Positions 10,648-20,054 of a stretch of 64,000 nt of DNA are shown one piece after another. Source of the stretch: an uncultured Acidobacteriota bacterium. Lineage in GTDB: Bacteria > Actinomycetota > Acidimicrobiia > Spongiisociales > ZC4RG35. The stretch is from assembly GCA_963828465.1 (NCBI GenBank), contig CAWHEU010000022.1, positions 480,001-544,000 of the forward strand. Reading direction: 5' to 3'. Position 1 is the first letter of the stretch, and the number at the start of each line of letters is the position of its first letter. The translations under genes and the position numbers were made by a program. The notes beneath the pieces are model-generated. The model had not been told where the DNA came from. It was given only the letters and a program-made list of their open reading frames with translations, and ran no database searches.

Positions 10648-12075
10648 TTGTCTACCTTTGCCGAGCTCGGCCTGCCCGAGCCCTTTACCGAGATGCTCGC
10701 CCGTCGTGGCATCACCAGCCCCTTCCCCATCCAGGCGATGACCATCCCCGATGTCCTCGCCGGACGTGACGTCGCCGGCCGTGCCCCCACCGGGTCAGGC
10801 AAGACTCTTGCGTTCGGGCTGCCCGCGCTCGCCCGCCTAGAGCGTGGCCGGAGTCGCCGGCCCCGGGGCTTGATCCTTTCCCCGACGAGGGAGCTGGCCG
10901 ATCAGATCTTCACCGAGCTCCAGCCGCTGGCGAAGGCGGTGAGTCGCTCCATGGTGGCCGTATACGGCGGTGTCTCCTACGGCCCGCAACGTTCGCGCCT
11001 CCAGCAGGGGATCGACCTGCTGGTGGCATGCCCGGGACGTCTCGAGGACCTGATCGACCAGGGAGTCGTAGACCTTCGGGAGGTGGATCTGGTGGTAGTC
11101 GACGAGGCGGACCGGATGGCGGACATGGGATTTCTCCCTGCCGTCAAGCGAATCCTCGACATGACGTCATCCGAGCGCCAGACGATCCTGTTCTCGGCGA
11201 CGCTCGACGGAGACGTCGCCGTGTTGACCCAGCGGTACCAGCGCGACCCAGTTCGACACGAGTCCGAGCTACAGGACGACGACATCGCGAATGCCGAGCA
11301 TCATTTCTGGAAGGTGGAGAGGGCGGATCGCACCGCTCATGTCGCCAGGGTGGTCACTTCTGCCAGCCCCACGATCGTGTTCACCCGAACCCGGCATGGA
11401 GCTGATCGGCTGGCCAAGCAGCTGGCGGGCGCCGGAGTCACGGCCGTTGCTCTGCATGGTGGGCGGTCACAGCAGCAGCGGAATCGTGCGCTCAAGGATT
11501 TCGCCAACGGGCGCAGCCAGGCCCTTGTGGCCACCGACGTGGCGGCCCGGGGCATTCACGTCGAGGGGGTTGCCAGCGTGATCCACTTCGATCCGCCCGA
11601 GGACGAGAAGACATATGTGCACCGTTCGGGGCGGACCGCCCGGGCCGGCGCAAGCGGGATGGTGGTCTCACTCGTCGATGGGAGCCAGGTGAAGAATGCC
11701 CAGAGGATGCAACGGGCCCTGGGTCTGGATTCCGCAATGGTGACAGGACCCGCGCCTCGTATGCCCAAGGAGCGAGTTCCCTCGACGTCGAGACCTGAAC
11801 ATCCACGCCGATCGGGCGACAACGAGTCGATCTACGTGGGCAACCTGCCGTTCAGCGTCACCGGGGAGGATCTGGAACGGATCTTCGCCAAACACGGAAG
11901 CGTCCACTCGGCCACAGTCGTCACCCATCGGGACTCGAGGAAGTCGCGTGGTTTCGGCTTCGTAGAGATGACTCCCAAGGCATCGAACGCCGCCATCGCA
12001 GCTCTCGACGGCTCGAGTGTCTCTGGACGTCGGTTGAAGGTGAGGGCAGCCAGGCCCGGAGTCGCCCACCCCTAA
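10648..12075 (+). CDS. DEAD-box RNA helicase with C-terminal RRM
   Basis: PTGSGKT, PTRELA, DEAD, SAT, HRSGRTARAG; C-terminal IYVGNL...RGFGFVEM. Confidence 0.93.
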   Translation: MSTFAELGLPEPFTEMLARRGITSPFPIQAMTIPDVLAGRDVAGRAPTGSGKTLAFGLPALARLERGRSRRPRGLILSPTRELADQIFTELQPLAKAVSRSMVAVYGGVSYGPQRSRLQQGIDLLVACPGRLEDLIDQGVVDLREVDLVVVDEADRMADMGFLPAVKRILDMTSSERQTILFSATLDGDVAVLTQRYQRDPVRHESELQDDDIANAEHHFWKVERADRTAHVARVVTSASPTIVFTRTRHGADRLAKQLAGAGVTAVALHGGRSQQQRNRALKDFANGRSQALVATDVAARGIHVEGVASVIHFDPPEDEKTYVHRSGRTARAGASGMVVSLVDGSQVKNAQRMQRALGLDSAMVTGPAPRMPKERVPSTSRPEHPRRSGDNESIYVGNLPFSVTGEDLERIFAKHGSVHSATVVTHRDSRKSRGFGFVEMTPKASNAAIAALDGSSVSGRRLKVRAARPGVAHP

Positions 12076-12085
12076 CCTGCCCCCG

Positions 12086-12871
12086 GTGATCGAGGCTGCG
12101 GCAGTCCCGCGCTGGAAGTTCGTCCTGATCGGGCTCGCCGCAGGTCTCCTCTCCGGAGGATTCGGGATTGGTGGGGGCATCGTCATGGTCCCTCTGCTGG
12201 TGGCGGTCGGCCTCGACCGTCATCGTGCCCACGCGACATCCCTGGCCAGCATCCTCCCCATAGCGGCCGCGGGGGCGGTCACTTTTGCCCTCTCCGGCGA
12301 GGTCAACTTGGGTCTTGGGGTGCTCGTGGGGGTGGGCGGCGTCATCGGATCGATCGTGGGTGCGTCGCTGATGAATCGTCTCAGCACCAGGTCGCTGAGC
12401 ATCTTCTTTGGCCTGGTGCTACTTGCGGCGGGAGTCCGCATGATCTTCAGCACCGACCCTCTCCCACTGGCGGGCGGATTCAACGACTTGACGCTGGGAT
12501 TGATCGCCGTGGGCATTGGTCTCGTCTCCGGGTTTCTGGCCGGCGTGGCCGGAGTCGGAGGCGGCATCGTCATCGTCCCGGCAACGGTGCTGTTGCTCGG
12601 ATTCACCCAGCACGTGGCGCAAGGCACATCGCTTCTGGCCATCATCCTCACCTCGATCGCCGCCACGATCATCAACCGAAAGAACCGCCGCGTACGCCTG
12701 AGGGAGGCCGTGACGGTTGGAGCCGGCGGTGTCGTTGGAGCGGTCCTCGCATCCGTGGCCGCCCTCGGTGTCGACGGCAGGGTCCTATCTGCACTCTTCG
12801 GGGTGTTGGCGGTCCTGGTCGCTGCCCGCACTCTCTACCAGGCTTACGCCTCGGAGCCTCAGCCCGTTTAG
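12086..12871 (+). CDS. TauE/SafE-family sulfite exporter
   Basis: Duplicated GIGGGIVMVP / GVGGGIVIVP...AQGTSL halves. Confidence 0.88.
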   Translation: MIEAAAVPRWKFVLIGLAAGLLSGGFGIGGGIVMVPLLVAVGLDRHRAHATSLASILPIAAAGAVTFALSGEVNLGLGVLVGVGGVIGSIVGASLMNRLSTRSLSIFFGLVLLAAGVRMIFSTDPLPLAGGFNDLTLGLIAVGIGLVSGFLAGVAGVGGGIVIVPATVLLLGFTQHVAQGTSLLAIILTSIAATIINRKNRRVRLREAVTVGAGGVVGAVLASVAALGVDGRVLSALFGVLAVLVAARTLYQAYASEPQPV

Positions 12872-13449
12872 CCGATGATCACCCCATGGTTTCGCATCTC
12901 GTCGATGGCTCGTTGCCCGTCACCGGGCTCGAGATCGACCGATGCGCTGGCATCCGGTATCACAGACGTCTCGTAATCCTTTGCCGCATCGAGGGCCGTC
13001 TCTTTGACGCACCAGTCGAGAGCCAGCCCGACGACGACTACCCGCTGGCAGCCACGCTCCTCGAGCATCCCGCGCAGGGCCGTCGGAGTCTCCTCACCGG
13101 TCACGGGATCGCGCATCGTGAACCCCGAGTATCCGTCCTCGCCGTTGGCACCGTTCTGAACGATCGGACCCGACACCTCGAGGCCGGGATGGAACTCCGC
13201 CCCCCAAGTGCCCTGGACGCAGTGCACCGGCCAGATGCCCCCGTCCTTCTCGAAGTGCGGGGTCGACTCGGGGTGCCAGTCCTGGGTGTAGACCACGAAA
13301 GCGCCGGCCGACAGGGCCCGCATCACCTCGATGTTGACTCTGGGGACCACAGCGTCTCCACCCTGGACGAACAGGCTCCCGTTGGGATCGGCGAAGTCGT
13401 TCTGCACGTCTACAACGACGAGAGCAGTGCTGGTGTCGTAGCTGATCAC
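12868..13449 (-). CDS. pncA: Nicotinamidase/isochorismatase family
   Basis: VVDVQNDF, QDWHP, WPVHCV, GLALDWCV; start refined to GTG 13449, 7 nt after a TAGCCT -10 hexamer. Confidence 0.88.
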   Translation of the reverse strand: MISYDTSTALVVVDVQNDFADPNGSLFVQGGDAVVPRVNIEVMRALSAGAFVVYTQDWHPESTPHFEKDGGIWPVHCVQGTWGAEFHPGLEVSGPIVQNGANGEDGYSGFTMRDPVTGEETPTALRGMLEERGCQRVVVVGLALDWCVKETALDAAKDYETSVIPDASASVDLEPGDGQRAIDEMRNHGVIIG

Positions 13450-13485
13450 GTCCGGCAGGCTACAAGCGGGCAATAGGCTTGGGAC

Positions 13486-14997
13486 ATGGGAATCTCCCGG
13501 GGCGCCCTACTCACTGATCAATACCAGTTGACGATGGCCCAGCTCTACTTCAGACACGGCCTTCACGAACGCGACGCCCGGTTCGAGCACTTCTTCCGGC
13601 GTTATCCCGACTACGGCGAGCACGAGGCCGGATACGCCATCAATGCGGGCTGGGGCTGGCTGGGGAGATGGGCCGATCGTGCCCGCTTCGGCGCCAAGGA
13701 GCGAGACGCCCTCAGAGCTCATCGAGTCGAGGGGCATCGCCTCTTCTCTGACGATTTCATCGAGTGGTTGGGCGGTGTCAGCTGGGATGCCTTGCGCTTC
13801 GAGGCGATGCCGGAAGGGAGGGTCGCCCACGCCAACGTCCCTCTAACGGTCGTCGAAGGACCGCTCGGAGTCGCCCAGATTCTGGAGACATCGCTGCTCA
13901 ATCATCTCAACTTTCACACCCTTGTCGCCACCAAGGCATCGAGGGTGGTGGAGGCGACAAGGGGTGGCGCCGTCCTCGAGTTCGGCTTGCGCCGGGCCCC
14001 CGACGAGGGTGGCATCGCGGCGACAAGGGCTGCCTTGATCGGGGGTGTGAACGCATCCTCCAACGTCGGAATCTCCCATGAGATGGGGGTCATGCCGCAG
14101 GGGACCCATGCTCACTCGATGGTGCAGGTCTTCATGGCGTTGGGCGATGGAGAATTGGGCGCCTTTCGCGCCTATGCCGACATGTACCCCGACGAATGCA
14201 TCCTGCTCGTCGACACCATCGACAGCTTGGAGTCGGGAATACCGAATGCGATCACCGTTTTCGAGGAGCTGAGGGCCCGTGGCCACAGCCCCGTCGGCAT
14301 TCGCCTCGACTCGGGCGACCTCGCTCATCTGTCGGTTCTGGCATCGCAGATGCTGGACAAGGCCGGATTCCACGACGTGCACATCGTTCTCTCCAGCGGT
14401 CTCGACGAACTGACCATCTTCCAGATCCTCACCCAGGTCACAGATGAAGCTCCCCGCTACGGGGCGGATCCTGATCGGGTGATCCGTCGGCTCCTCTACG
14501 GGGTGGGAACCAAGATGGCGACGTCGGACGGGCGTCCATACCTGGACGGCGTCTACAAGCTGGTCGCGATCGCCGACCGGGACGAATGGCGACCGGCGAT
14601 CAAGGTTTCGGACACTCCCGCCAAGATTGTGAACCCGGGCCGCAAACGGGTCCATCGCCTCTACGACCAACGAGGGCTCGCCACCGTGGACCTCATGGGA
14701 TTGGCCGACGAGACGCTTGGATTCCCTCTCGAGGTGCGACATCATCGCGAGACCGGCATCGGGCGGACCCTGGACGAGTCGAGGGTCTCGGCTTCCGAGG
14801 AGCTACTCGAACCGGCGACCCTCGTGGCACCGTCCGATGACCCTGCTGTCGTAGCGGAAGCCAGAAAGCGCCGGGTGTCCGACCTCGAGCGTCTCGACCC
14901 GGGCGTCAAGCGTCTGGTCAACCCCCACGTGTATCACGTGTCGGTGACCAGACGCCTTGCCGACCTCAAGACCCGGCTCATTGAGGAAACGCTCTAG
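13486..14997 (+). CDS. pncB: Nicotinate phosphoribosyltransferase
   Basis: LLTDQYQLTM, EFGLRRA, GTHAHS, LLVDTID, GIRLDSGD, GVYKLV. Confidence 0.92.
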   Translation: MGISRGALLTDQYQLTMAQLYFRHGLHERDARFEHFFRRYPDYGEHEAGYAINAGWGWLGRWADRARFGAKERDALRAHRVEGHRLFSDDFIEWLGGVSWDALRFEAMPEGRVAHANVPLTVVEGPLGVAQILETSLLNHLNFHTLVATKASRVVEATRGGAVLEFGLRRAPDEGGIAATRAALIGGVNASSNVGISHEMGVMPQGTHAHSMVQVFMALGDGELGAFRAYADMYPDECILLVDTIDSLESGIPNAITVFEELRARGHSPVGIRLDSGDLAHLSVLASQMLDKAGFHDVHIVLSSGLDELTIFQILTQVTDEAPRYGADPDRVIRRLLYGVGTKMATSDGRPYLDGVYKLVAIADRDEWRPAIKVSDTPAKIVNPGRKRVHRLYDQRGLATVDLMGLADETLGFPLEVRHHRETGIGRTLDESRVSASEELLEPATLVAPSDDPAVVAEARKRRVSDLERLDPGVKRLVNPHVYHVSVTRRLADLKTRLIEETL

Positions 14998-15248
14998 CCG
15001 AGGTCGTCTCCCTGACCCGAGACGGGAACAGGGGTGGTTTCCTCATCGTCGGCCGACCTCGTCACGAACACAGGCACCAGGACCGCAAGTCCCACGACGA
15101 GCAGCAGAACCGGCCAGAACCATGCTCCGAGAGAGGTCACCGCGTCGATCAGGTCCAGCGGGGTCTGAGGTACCAGGAAGACGAGCCCGACCAGTGCGGC
15201 CACCAGGCCGGAGATGAAGGAGATGGCATCGAATCTGTGTGATTTCAT
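14994..15248 (-). CDS. Small two-TM membrane protein of the PspC locus
   Basis: HRFDAISFISGL start, two hydrophobic helices, directly downstream of the PspC gene. Confidence 0.7.
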   Translation of the reverse strand: MKSHRFDAISFISGLVAALVGLVFLVPQTPLDLIDAVTSLGAWFWPVLLLVVGLAVLVPVFVTRSADDEETTPVPVSGQGDDLG

Positions 15249-15268
15249 CGTTCAAGTTCCTTTCGTCT

Positions 15269-16465
15269 TCAGCGTCCGACGTGGATGTCGATGTTGCCCA
15301 GATCGACCGCCGCATCAAGAACGACTGTCCCTTCGGGTCCCGGGTTGTCGAATTGCAGGGTCGGATTGCCCAGACCCGACGACTCCCGTCCGAAGGCGCC
15401 GACATGGCCGACGTCAACCGACGCCTCACCCTCGAGGCCGACGCCTGGGGGAATCCAGATCTCGATGTTGCCGGCATCGACTCGGGCCTCGAGATCAACG
15501 GTCTCACCATCCCAGGGAAGGTCGGTCAGGTCGATGACCAGGTTGCCGACATCGATGGCGTAGCTGTCCTCGAGCTCAGCGAAGGTATCCGGCGAAACGG
15601 TCCTGTCGAACTCCTCCGAATTCCAGTCGTACTCGAACACGGGGGAGAAGAGGAGCGTCGGCACCAGGAGGGCAGCGATGAGGATCAGCCACCTCGCCCG
15701 TCCCACGAAGCCACCGACGATGAGGCCCAACCCGATGACGACCGTGGCCAGCGCCATGTAATGGCGGGGTTGTGGCTCGATCGGTAGCCCCGGGATGTTG
15801 TCCAGGATGGCAAGAATGCCGAGGCTGACCAGCATCACGCCGATCGTGATACGCCCCAGATATGAGGTCTCCTTCGGCTTGGCCGGCGGCGGAGGCAGGA
15901 CAGGTGGGGTCGGAGTGGGCGTCGGAGGGGGACCTGCGTCGCCGGGCCCGGATGGTGCCACGGGCTCAACTGTGGAGGTCACAGGTGTCTGAGTCGTTGT
16001 CATTTGTTGAACTCCCTCCTTTTCGTCGTTCTTTCCCTCGTTCCTCACCAGGCGCGGGAGATCGCCCGTGTAGAGGAGGACACCAACCACCAGCAGTCCA
16101 ACCGACCAGACGATGCCGGTGGAGAGGAAAGTGAAGTTGTCGAGGAGGATCAGGATGGCCAGAAAGACCAGGCCAATGCCGAGCCAGGATCTCGACGTCG
16201 ATGCGCCCGAGAAGATCCGCTGAGCCGGCGTCTCGGTCTCGTCATCCGAGCGGATGAGAAACCACCCGGCCGCGTAGAGAGCGATGCCAAGGCCGCCGGC
16301 AAAGGTGAGCAGGACGAAGATCACCCGCATCAGCAGCACGGGCACGTCGTAGCGGTTGGCGAACCCCTGGGCGACGCCGGCCACGATCCGACCCTCACGG
16401 GGGCGGACGAGCTCCCGGGTGATCACGGGGGCCTCAGGGGCCTCAGTTGTGTTGGTTTGTTCCAT
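15269..16465 (-). CDS. PspC-domain membrane protein with C-terminal LiaF/DUF2154-like beta domain
   Basis: LVRPREGRIVAGVAQGFA...GIALYAAGWFLI; C-terminal GNLVIDL / GNIEI repeats. Confidence 0.85.
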   Translation of the reverse strand: MEQTNTTEAPEAPVITRELVRPREGRIVAGVAQGFANRYDVPVLLMRVIFVLLTFAGGLGIALYAAGWFLIRSDDETETPAQRIFSGASTSRSWLGIGLVFLAILILLDNFTFLSTGIVWSVGLLVVGVLLYTGDLPRLVRNEGKNDEKEGVQQMTTTQTPVTSTVEPVAPSGPGDAGPPPTPTPTPPVLPPPPAKPKETSYLGRITIGVMLVSLGILAILDNIPGLPIEPQPRHYMALATVVIGLGLIVGGFVGRARWLILIAALLVPTLLFSPVFEYDWNSEEFDRTVSPDTFAELEDSYAIDVGNLVIDLTDLPWDGETVDLEARVDAGNIEIWIPPGVGLEGEASVDVGHVGAFGRESSGLGNPTLQFDNPGPEGTVVLDAAVDLGNIDIHVGR

Positions 16466-16500
16466 TCCCCGATTCGACCGTTTCCGCCCCGGATCTTCAA

Positions 16501-16549
16501 TCGGGGACGACCCTGAGACATCCCCGAGGGTTCTCGGGGATGTCCCTTA
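16501..16549. promoter_or_regulatory. Palindromic operator boxes between the divergent pspC and histidine-kinase genes
   Basis: TCGGGG-N4-CCCTGA (16501), perfect IR GACATCCCCGAG-GGTT-CTCGGGGATGTC (16517-16544), TCGGGG-N4-CCCTTA (16534). Confidence 0.6.
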
Positions 16550-16584
16550 TTGAGGTTGGGGCCAGTCGCCGCGATCATTTCATC

Positions 16585-17751
16585 GTGACTCAAATCGGGC
16601 AGCTCCGTTTCCGACGTCGCGGCCGCGATCGCATCGTCGCCGGTGTTGCCGGGGGCCTCGGCGACACTCTTGGAGTCAGTGACGCCTTCGTGCGGGCCGC
16701 CTTCGTCACACTCAGCATGGTCTGGGGTCTCGGGGTGCTCGTCTACCTGGCGTTGTGGCTTATGGCGTTGGACCGGGTCGAGGACACCCACCCCGAGCCG
16801 GTGGCGACGCATCAGGCGGTGGGTCTTGGCCTGGCCTTCGGCGGATCCATGCTCTTTCTGGGAGCCCTTGGGTGGTGGCCGTCGAACGCTCTGGTTCTCA
16901 CCGTGGGGGCTATCAGTTTTGGCACGGCTGCCCTCACCGATCGGAACATGCCTGGCCCTCTCGCCGCCCTGGTGGACCCGAGTGTCGACCGACCCGGACG
17001 TCTCCGCATGGTGGTTGGGGTGGCGCTCCTGATTGGGGGTCTCGCCGTCTTCTCGTCGAGCGTTGGGCCGATCTCCGGGATCGGTCCCGTGGTCCTCGCC
17101 GTCGCGCTCACCGGGTTCGGGATCCTGGTGGCCTTCGGGCCGTGGGTCACTCGTCTTGCCCGGGATCTCGGCACCGAGCGACGAGAGCGGATCCGTCAAG
17201 AGGAAAGGGCCGAGGTGGCGGCCCACCTCCATGATTCGGTCCTGCAGACGCTGGCATTGATCCAGCGAAGCGATGATCCGGCCCGTATGTCGATACTCGC
17301 CCGTCATCAGGAATCCGAGCTTCGGGATTGGCTCTACGGGAATGCCCCCCTCGAGGGCGCCGACCTCCTCTCTACTGCCCTCAAGGCCTCTGCTCAGAGG
17401 ATCGAGGCCGATCACCAGGTGCCTATCGATGTGGTCGTCGTAGGGGATCACCCATTGAACGAGGACACCCGGGCCCTACTCGGGGCGGCCAATGAGGCGA
17501 TGGTCAACGCGGCCAAGCACTCCGGGGCCGAGCGCATATCCCTCTACTTCGAAGCCGAGGACAATGAGCTCATTGTGTATGTGACCGATCAGGGAAAGGG
17601 CTTCGAACCAACGGGTGTCGCCAACGACCGGCGGGGCATCGCGGAATCCATCAAGGCGAGGGTGGAACGGGCCGGGGGCGAGGCCGACATCGAAAGTGAG
17701 CCCGGCGAGGGGACCGAGGTCGTGCTCAGGATGCCGGTGGCGGCCGGATGA
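16585..17751 (+). CDS. PspC-domain sensor histidine kinase
   Basis: RDRIVAGVAGGL, AHLHDSVLQTLALIQ, EAMVNAAKH, DQGKGF; start refined to GTG 16585. Confidence 0.9.
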   Translation: MTQIGQLRFRRRGRDRIVAGVAGGLGDTLGVSDAFVRAAFVTLSMVWGLGVLVYLALWLMALDRVEDTHPEPVATHQAVGLGLAFGGSMLFLGALGWWPSNALVLTVGAISFGTAALTDRNMPGPLAALVDPSVDRPGRLRMVVGVALLIGGLAVFSSSVGPISGIGPVVLAVALTGFGILVAFGPWVTRLARDLGTERRERIRQEERAEVAAHLHDSVLQTLALIQRSDDPARMSILARHQESELRDWLYGNAPLEGADLLSTALKASAQRIEADHQVPIDVVVVGDHPLNEDTRALLGAANEAMVNAAKHSGAERISLYFEAEDNELIVYVTDQGKGFEPTGVANDRRGIAESIKARVERAGGEADIESEPGEGTEVVLRMPVAAG

Positions 17752-18383
17752 GGGTCAAGGTCTATCTGGTCGACGATCACAGGCTCTTTCTGGCCGGCGT
17801 GAAGGCAGAGCTCTCCGAGGAATTCGCCATCGTGGGATCCGCCTACGACGTCGATACGGCGATCGAAGAGATTCGAGGGCTCGAGCCCGATGTCGTATTG
17901 ATCGATGTCCACATGCCCGACGGCGGTGGGATCGTCGTTGTCGAGGGCGTCGGGGAGACGAATCCGGAGGTGAAGTTCCTCGCCCTCTCGGTCTCGGATC
18001 AGGCCGAGGACGTGATCGGGATGATCAGGGCCGGCGCCCGCGGCTACGTGACCAAGACCATCGAGCCGGGAGACTTGGTCGATGCGGTGCGTCGGATCGA
18101 TGCCGGTGACGCGGTCTTCTCGCCACGTCTCGCCGGGTTTGTCCTCGATGCCTTCGCCGGCGTGATGCCTACCGAGGATGATCCCGAGCTCGACCAGCTG
18201 ACCACCAGGGAGAAGGATGTCCTCCGACTGATCGCCAGGGGGTTCGCCTACAAGCAGGTGGCGCGGAAGCTCAACATCTCGATCAAGACTGTCGAGACCC
18301 ACGTCTCGTCCGTGTTGCGAAAGCTCCAGCTATCCAACCGTCATGAGCTGGCGAGATGGGCGTCGAAGAGAAGGATTGTCTGA
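17748..18383 (+). CDS. NarL/LuxR-family response regulator
   Basis: LVDDH, DVHMP, GYVTK, LTTREKDVL...ISIKTVETHVSSVLRKL. Confidence 0.93.
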   Translation: MRVKVYLVDDHRLFLAGVKAELSEEFAIVGSAYDVDTAIEEIRGLEPDVVLIDVHMPDGGGIVVVEGVGETNPEVKFLALSVSDQAEDVIGMIRAGARGYVTKTIEPGDLVDAVRRIDAGDAVFSPRLAGFVLDAFAGVMPTEDDPELDQLTTREKDVLRLIARGFAYKQVARKLNISIKTVETHVSSVLRKLQLSNRHELARWASKRRIV

Positions 18384-18389
18384 CCCGGG

Positions 18390-18848
18390 CTAGGCGACGA
18401 CCTCCACCAAGGGCCGTGTCGTCGCCTCGACGCCACCAAGGGCGACGAGACCCCCGACCCGCACGATCGGAGCGTCCGGGTCGTCCACCGGCCGGGTCAG
18501 ATCCTCGATACGACCTGCCGCGACGGTCCCATCGAATACGACCTTCCAACCGGGCGGGACCACCAGGCTCAAACCGCCGAAAGCCACCAGGATGTCCAGG
18601 TAGATCCCGGTCGGAGCGGGGACCACCCGGCGCAGGTCGATCAGGGTGCCACCGAACAATGTCGTGACCTTGCCCCCGAAGAAGGGGTCGGCAGCCGAGA
18701 TCAGCTTTTCGCCGCCAAAGATGTTCACCAGATCGATTTCCTCTGTCTCCTCCGTGGCATGGGACTGGAGGAGTAACTTGGCTGCCAGCGCGGCACCGAG
18801 AAGGGCGACGACGGCATACCGAACGAGCCGAAAGATGAGACCGAGCAT
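18390..18848 (-). CDS. LiaF/DUF2154-like cell-envelope stress protein
   Basis: FGGTLIDLR, FGGLSLVVPPGWKV. Confidence 0.7.
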   Translation of the reverse strand: MLGLIFRLVRYAVVALLGAALAAKLLLQSHATEETEEIDLVNIFGGEKLISAADPFFGGKVTTLFGGTLIDLRRVVPAPTGIYLDILVAFGGLSLVVPPGWKVVFDGTVAAGRIEDLTRPVDDPDAPIVRVGGLVALGGVEATTRPLVEVVA

Positions 18849-18857
18849 TTTTGTACC

Positions 18858-19460
18858 TTACGTCGGCAGACGCTCGCCGGCTTCCACGCCGAGCCCCAGG
18901 TGGTTGCTGGCTGGGGCCAGCGGGCAGGACCACCGGCTCGAGTGCACGCACGATGGGTGATAGGCGTAGTTGAAGTCGAGAACGATCAGATCGCCGTCGT
19001 GGCCGAGGTCGGCGCCTTTCACCGTGTCGAGGAGATAGCGACCTCCGCCGTAGGTGGTGTCACCGTTCCCTGCGTCGCGAAAGGGGAGGAAGATCCCACC
19101 GCCGTAGGCATCCAGCCACAGCACCTCGAGCCGGCACTCCTGACCGGCCAGTTCGAAATCCACCGTGCCAATTGTGAGGAATCGTGTCGAGCCTTCTCCG
19201 GAGTGGTCGAGAACGGCCGCCTGGTCGTCGATTGGCGTGAAACGACCGGTCGTCCGCCATTTGGAGTCGTGGTCGTAATAGGGGAGACCTGTGAACGATT
19301 CCCCGTCTTCGATGGGCGATTGCGGATGATTGGCGAAGAGCGCATCCCGAGCGGCGACCCAATCCTCCCACGGGCCAGGTCCGGCACCACCCTCTCGCGC
19401 CAGCCGGTACATGTCGTTGACGCGCCGTCTGTAATCCCAGAGATCGAGCGTCTCGCTCAC
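18858..19460 (-). CDS. DUF1684 family protein
   Basis: FLPFRDAGNGDTTYGGGRYL, LDFNYAYHPSC...WSCPLAP. Confidence 0.88.
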   Translation of the reverse strand: MSETLDLWDYRRRVNDMYRLAREGGAGPGPWEDWVAARDALFANHPQSPIEDGESFTGLPYYDHDSKWRTTGRFTPIDDQAAVLDHSGEGSTRFLTIGTVDFELAGQECRLEVLWLDAYGGGIFLPFRDAGNGDTTYGGGRYLLDTVKGADLGHDGDLIVLDFNYAYHPSCVHSSRWSCPLAPASNHLGLGVEAGERLPT

Positions 19461-19466
19461 CGCCTC

Positions 19467-19507
19467 AACTTAATTGCCTTGACGTTTCGCCCTCGGGCCG
19501 CCAATCT
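19467..19507 (+). promoter_or_regulatory. WhiB7-type promoter: AT-rich tract, -35 TTGACG, 17-nt spacer, -10 CAATCT
   Basis: AACTTAATT at 19467-19475; TTGACG 19479-19484; CAATCT 19502-19507. Confidence 0.65.
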
Positions 19508-19533
19508 TGCGGCGTCGAGAGAATGAGGCAGCT

Positions 19534-19644
19534 ATGAAGCAGCGGATGACGAATCCCAACGGAACCCCAGGGCTTTTCGACGCGTCCGTTTCCGCTGCCG
19601 GCGACGACGTGCCGAACACCCGAAGGCGGCCTCTGATCACATGA
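19534..19644 (+). CDS. whiB7 leader peptide (uORF, 36 aa, MKQRMTNPNGTPGLFDASVSAAGDDVPNTRRRPLIT)
   Basis: GAGG before ATG; its 3' end GGCGGCCTC (19625-19633) is complementary to the terminator 5' arm. Confidence 0.7.
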   Translation: MKQRMTNPNGTPGLFDASVSAAGDDVPNTRRRPLIT

Positions 19645-19671
19645 TGTGACATTCCAGCAACTGTCTGTTGT

Positions 19672-19705
19672 GAGGCCGCCGGAGAACCCGGCGGCTTTTT
19701 GTTTT
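19672..19705 (+). terminator. Intrinsic terminator/attenuator in the whiB7 leader
   Basis: GCCGCCGG-AGAAC-CCGGCGGC-TTTTTGTTTT upstream of the whiB7 start. Confidence 0.85.
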
Positions 19706-19737
19706 CCGCCCACGACACGACAAAAGGACTCGACCAA

Positions 19738-20052
19738 ATGAAAACCCATCTAAGACAACTGCAAGAGCTCGGACGATGTAGCAGCGAGGGCAGCCATGAG
19801 CTGTTCTTCTCTGAGAAGCCCGCGGAGTTGGCTGCAGCGCAGCGAATCTGCGGAACTTGCCCCGTCCGGGTCCAATGCCTCGAGATCGCCCTGCGCGATG
19901 GTCACGAATGGGGGGTATGGGGTGGTGTCATCTTCTGGGATGGCCAGCCCTACCACCGCCGTCGTACCAGGGGTCGTCCCCGTCGATCCGAAGCCGGGTT
20001 ACCAATCGAGGCAGATACCCGTGAGCTCTGGGAGCAGGTGAAGTCAGCCTGA
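19738..20052 (+). CDS. whiB7: WhiB7/WblC-type Fe-S transcription factor
   Basis: Four Cys (C..CGTC..C), ELFFSE, WGVWGG, AT-hook RGRPRR, leader attenuator. Confidence 0.85.
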   Translation: MKTHLRQLQELGRCSSEGSHELFFSEKPAELAAAQRICGTCPVRVQCLEIALRDGHEWGVWGGVIFWDGQPYHRRRTRGRPRRSEAGLPIEADTRELWEQVKSA

Positions 20053-20054
20053 GA

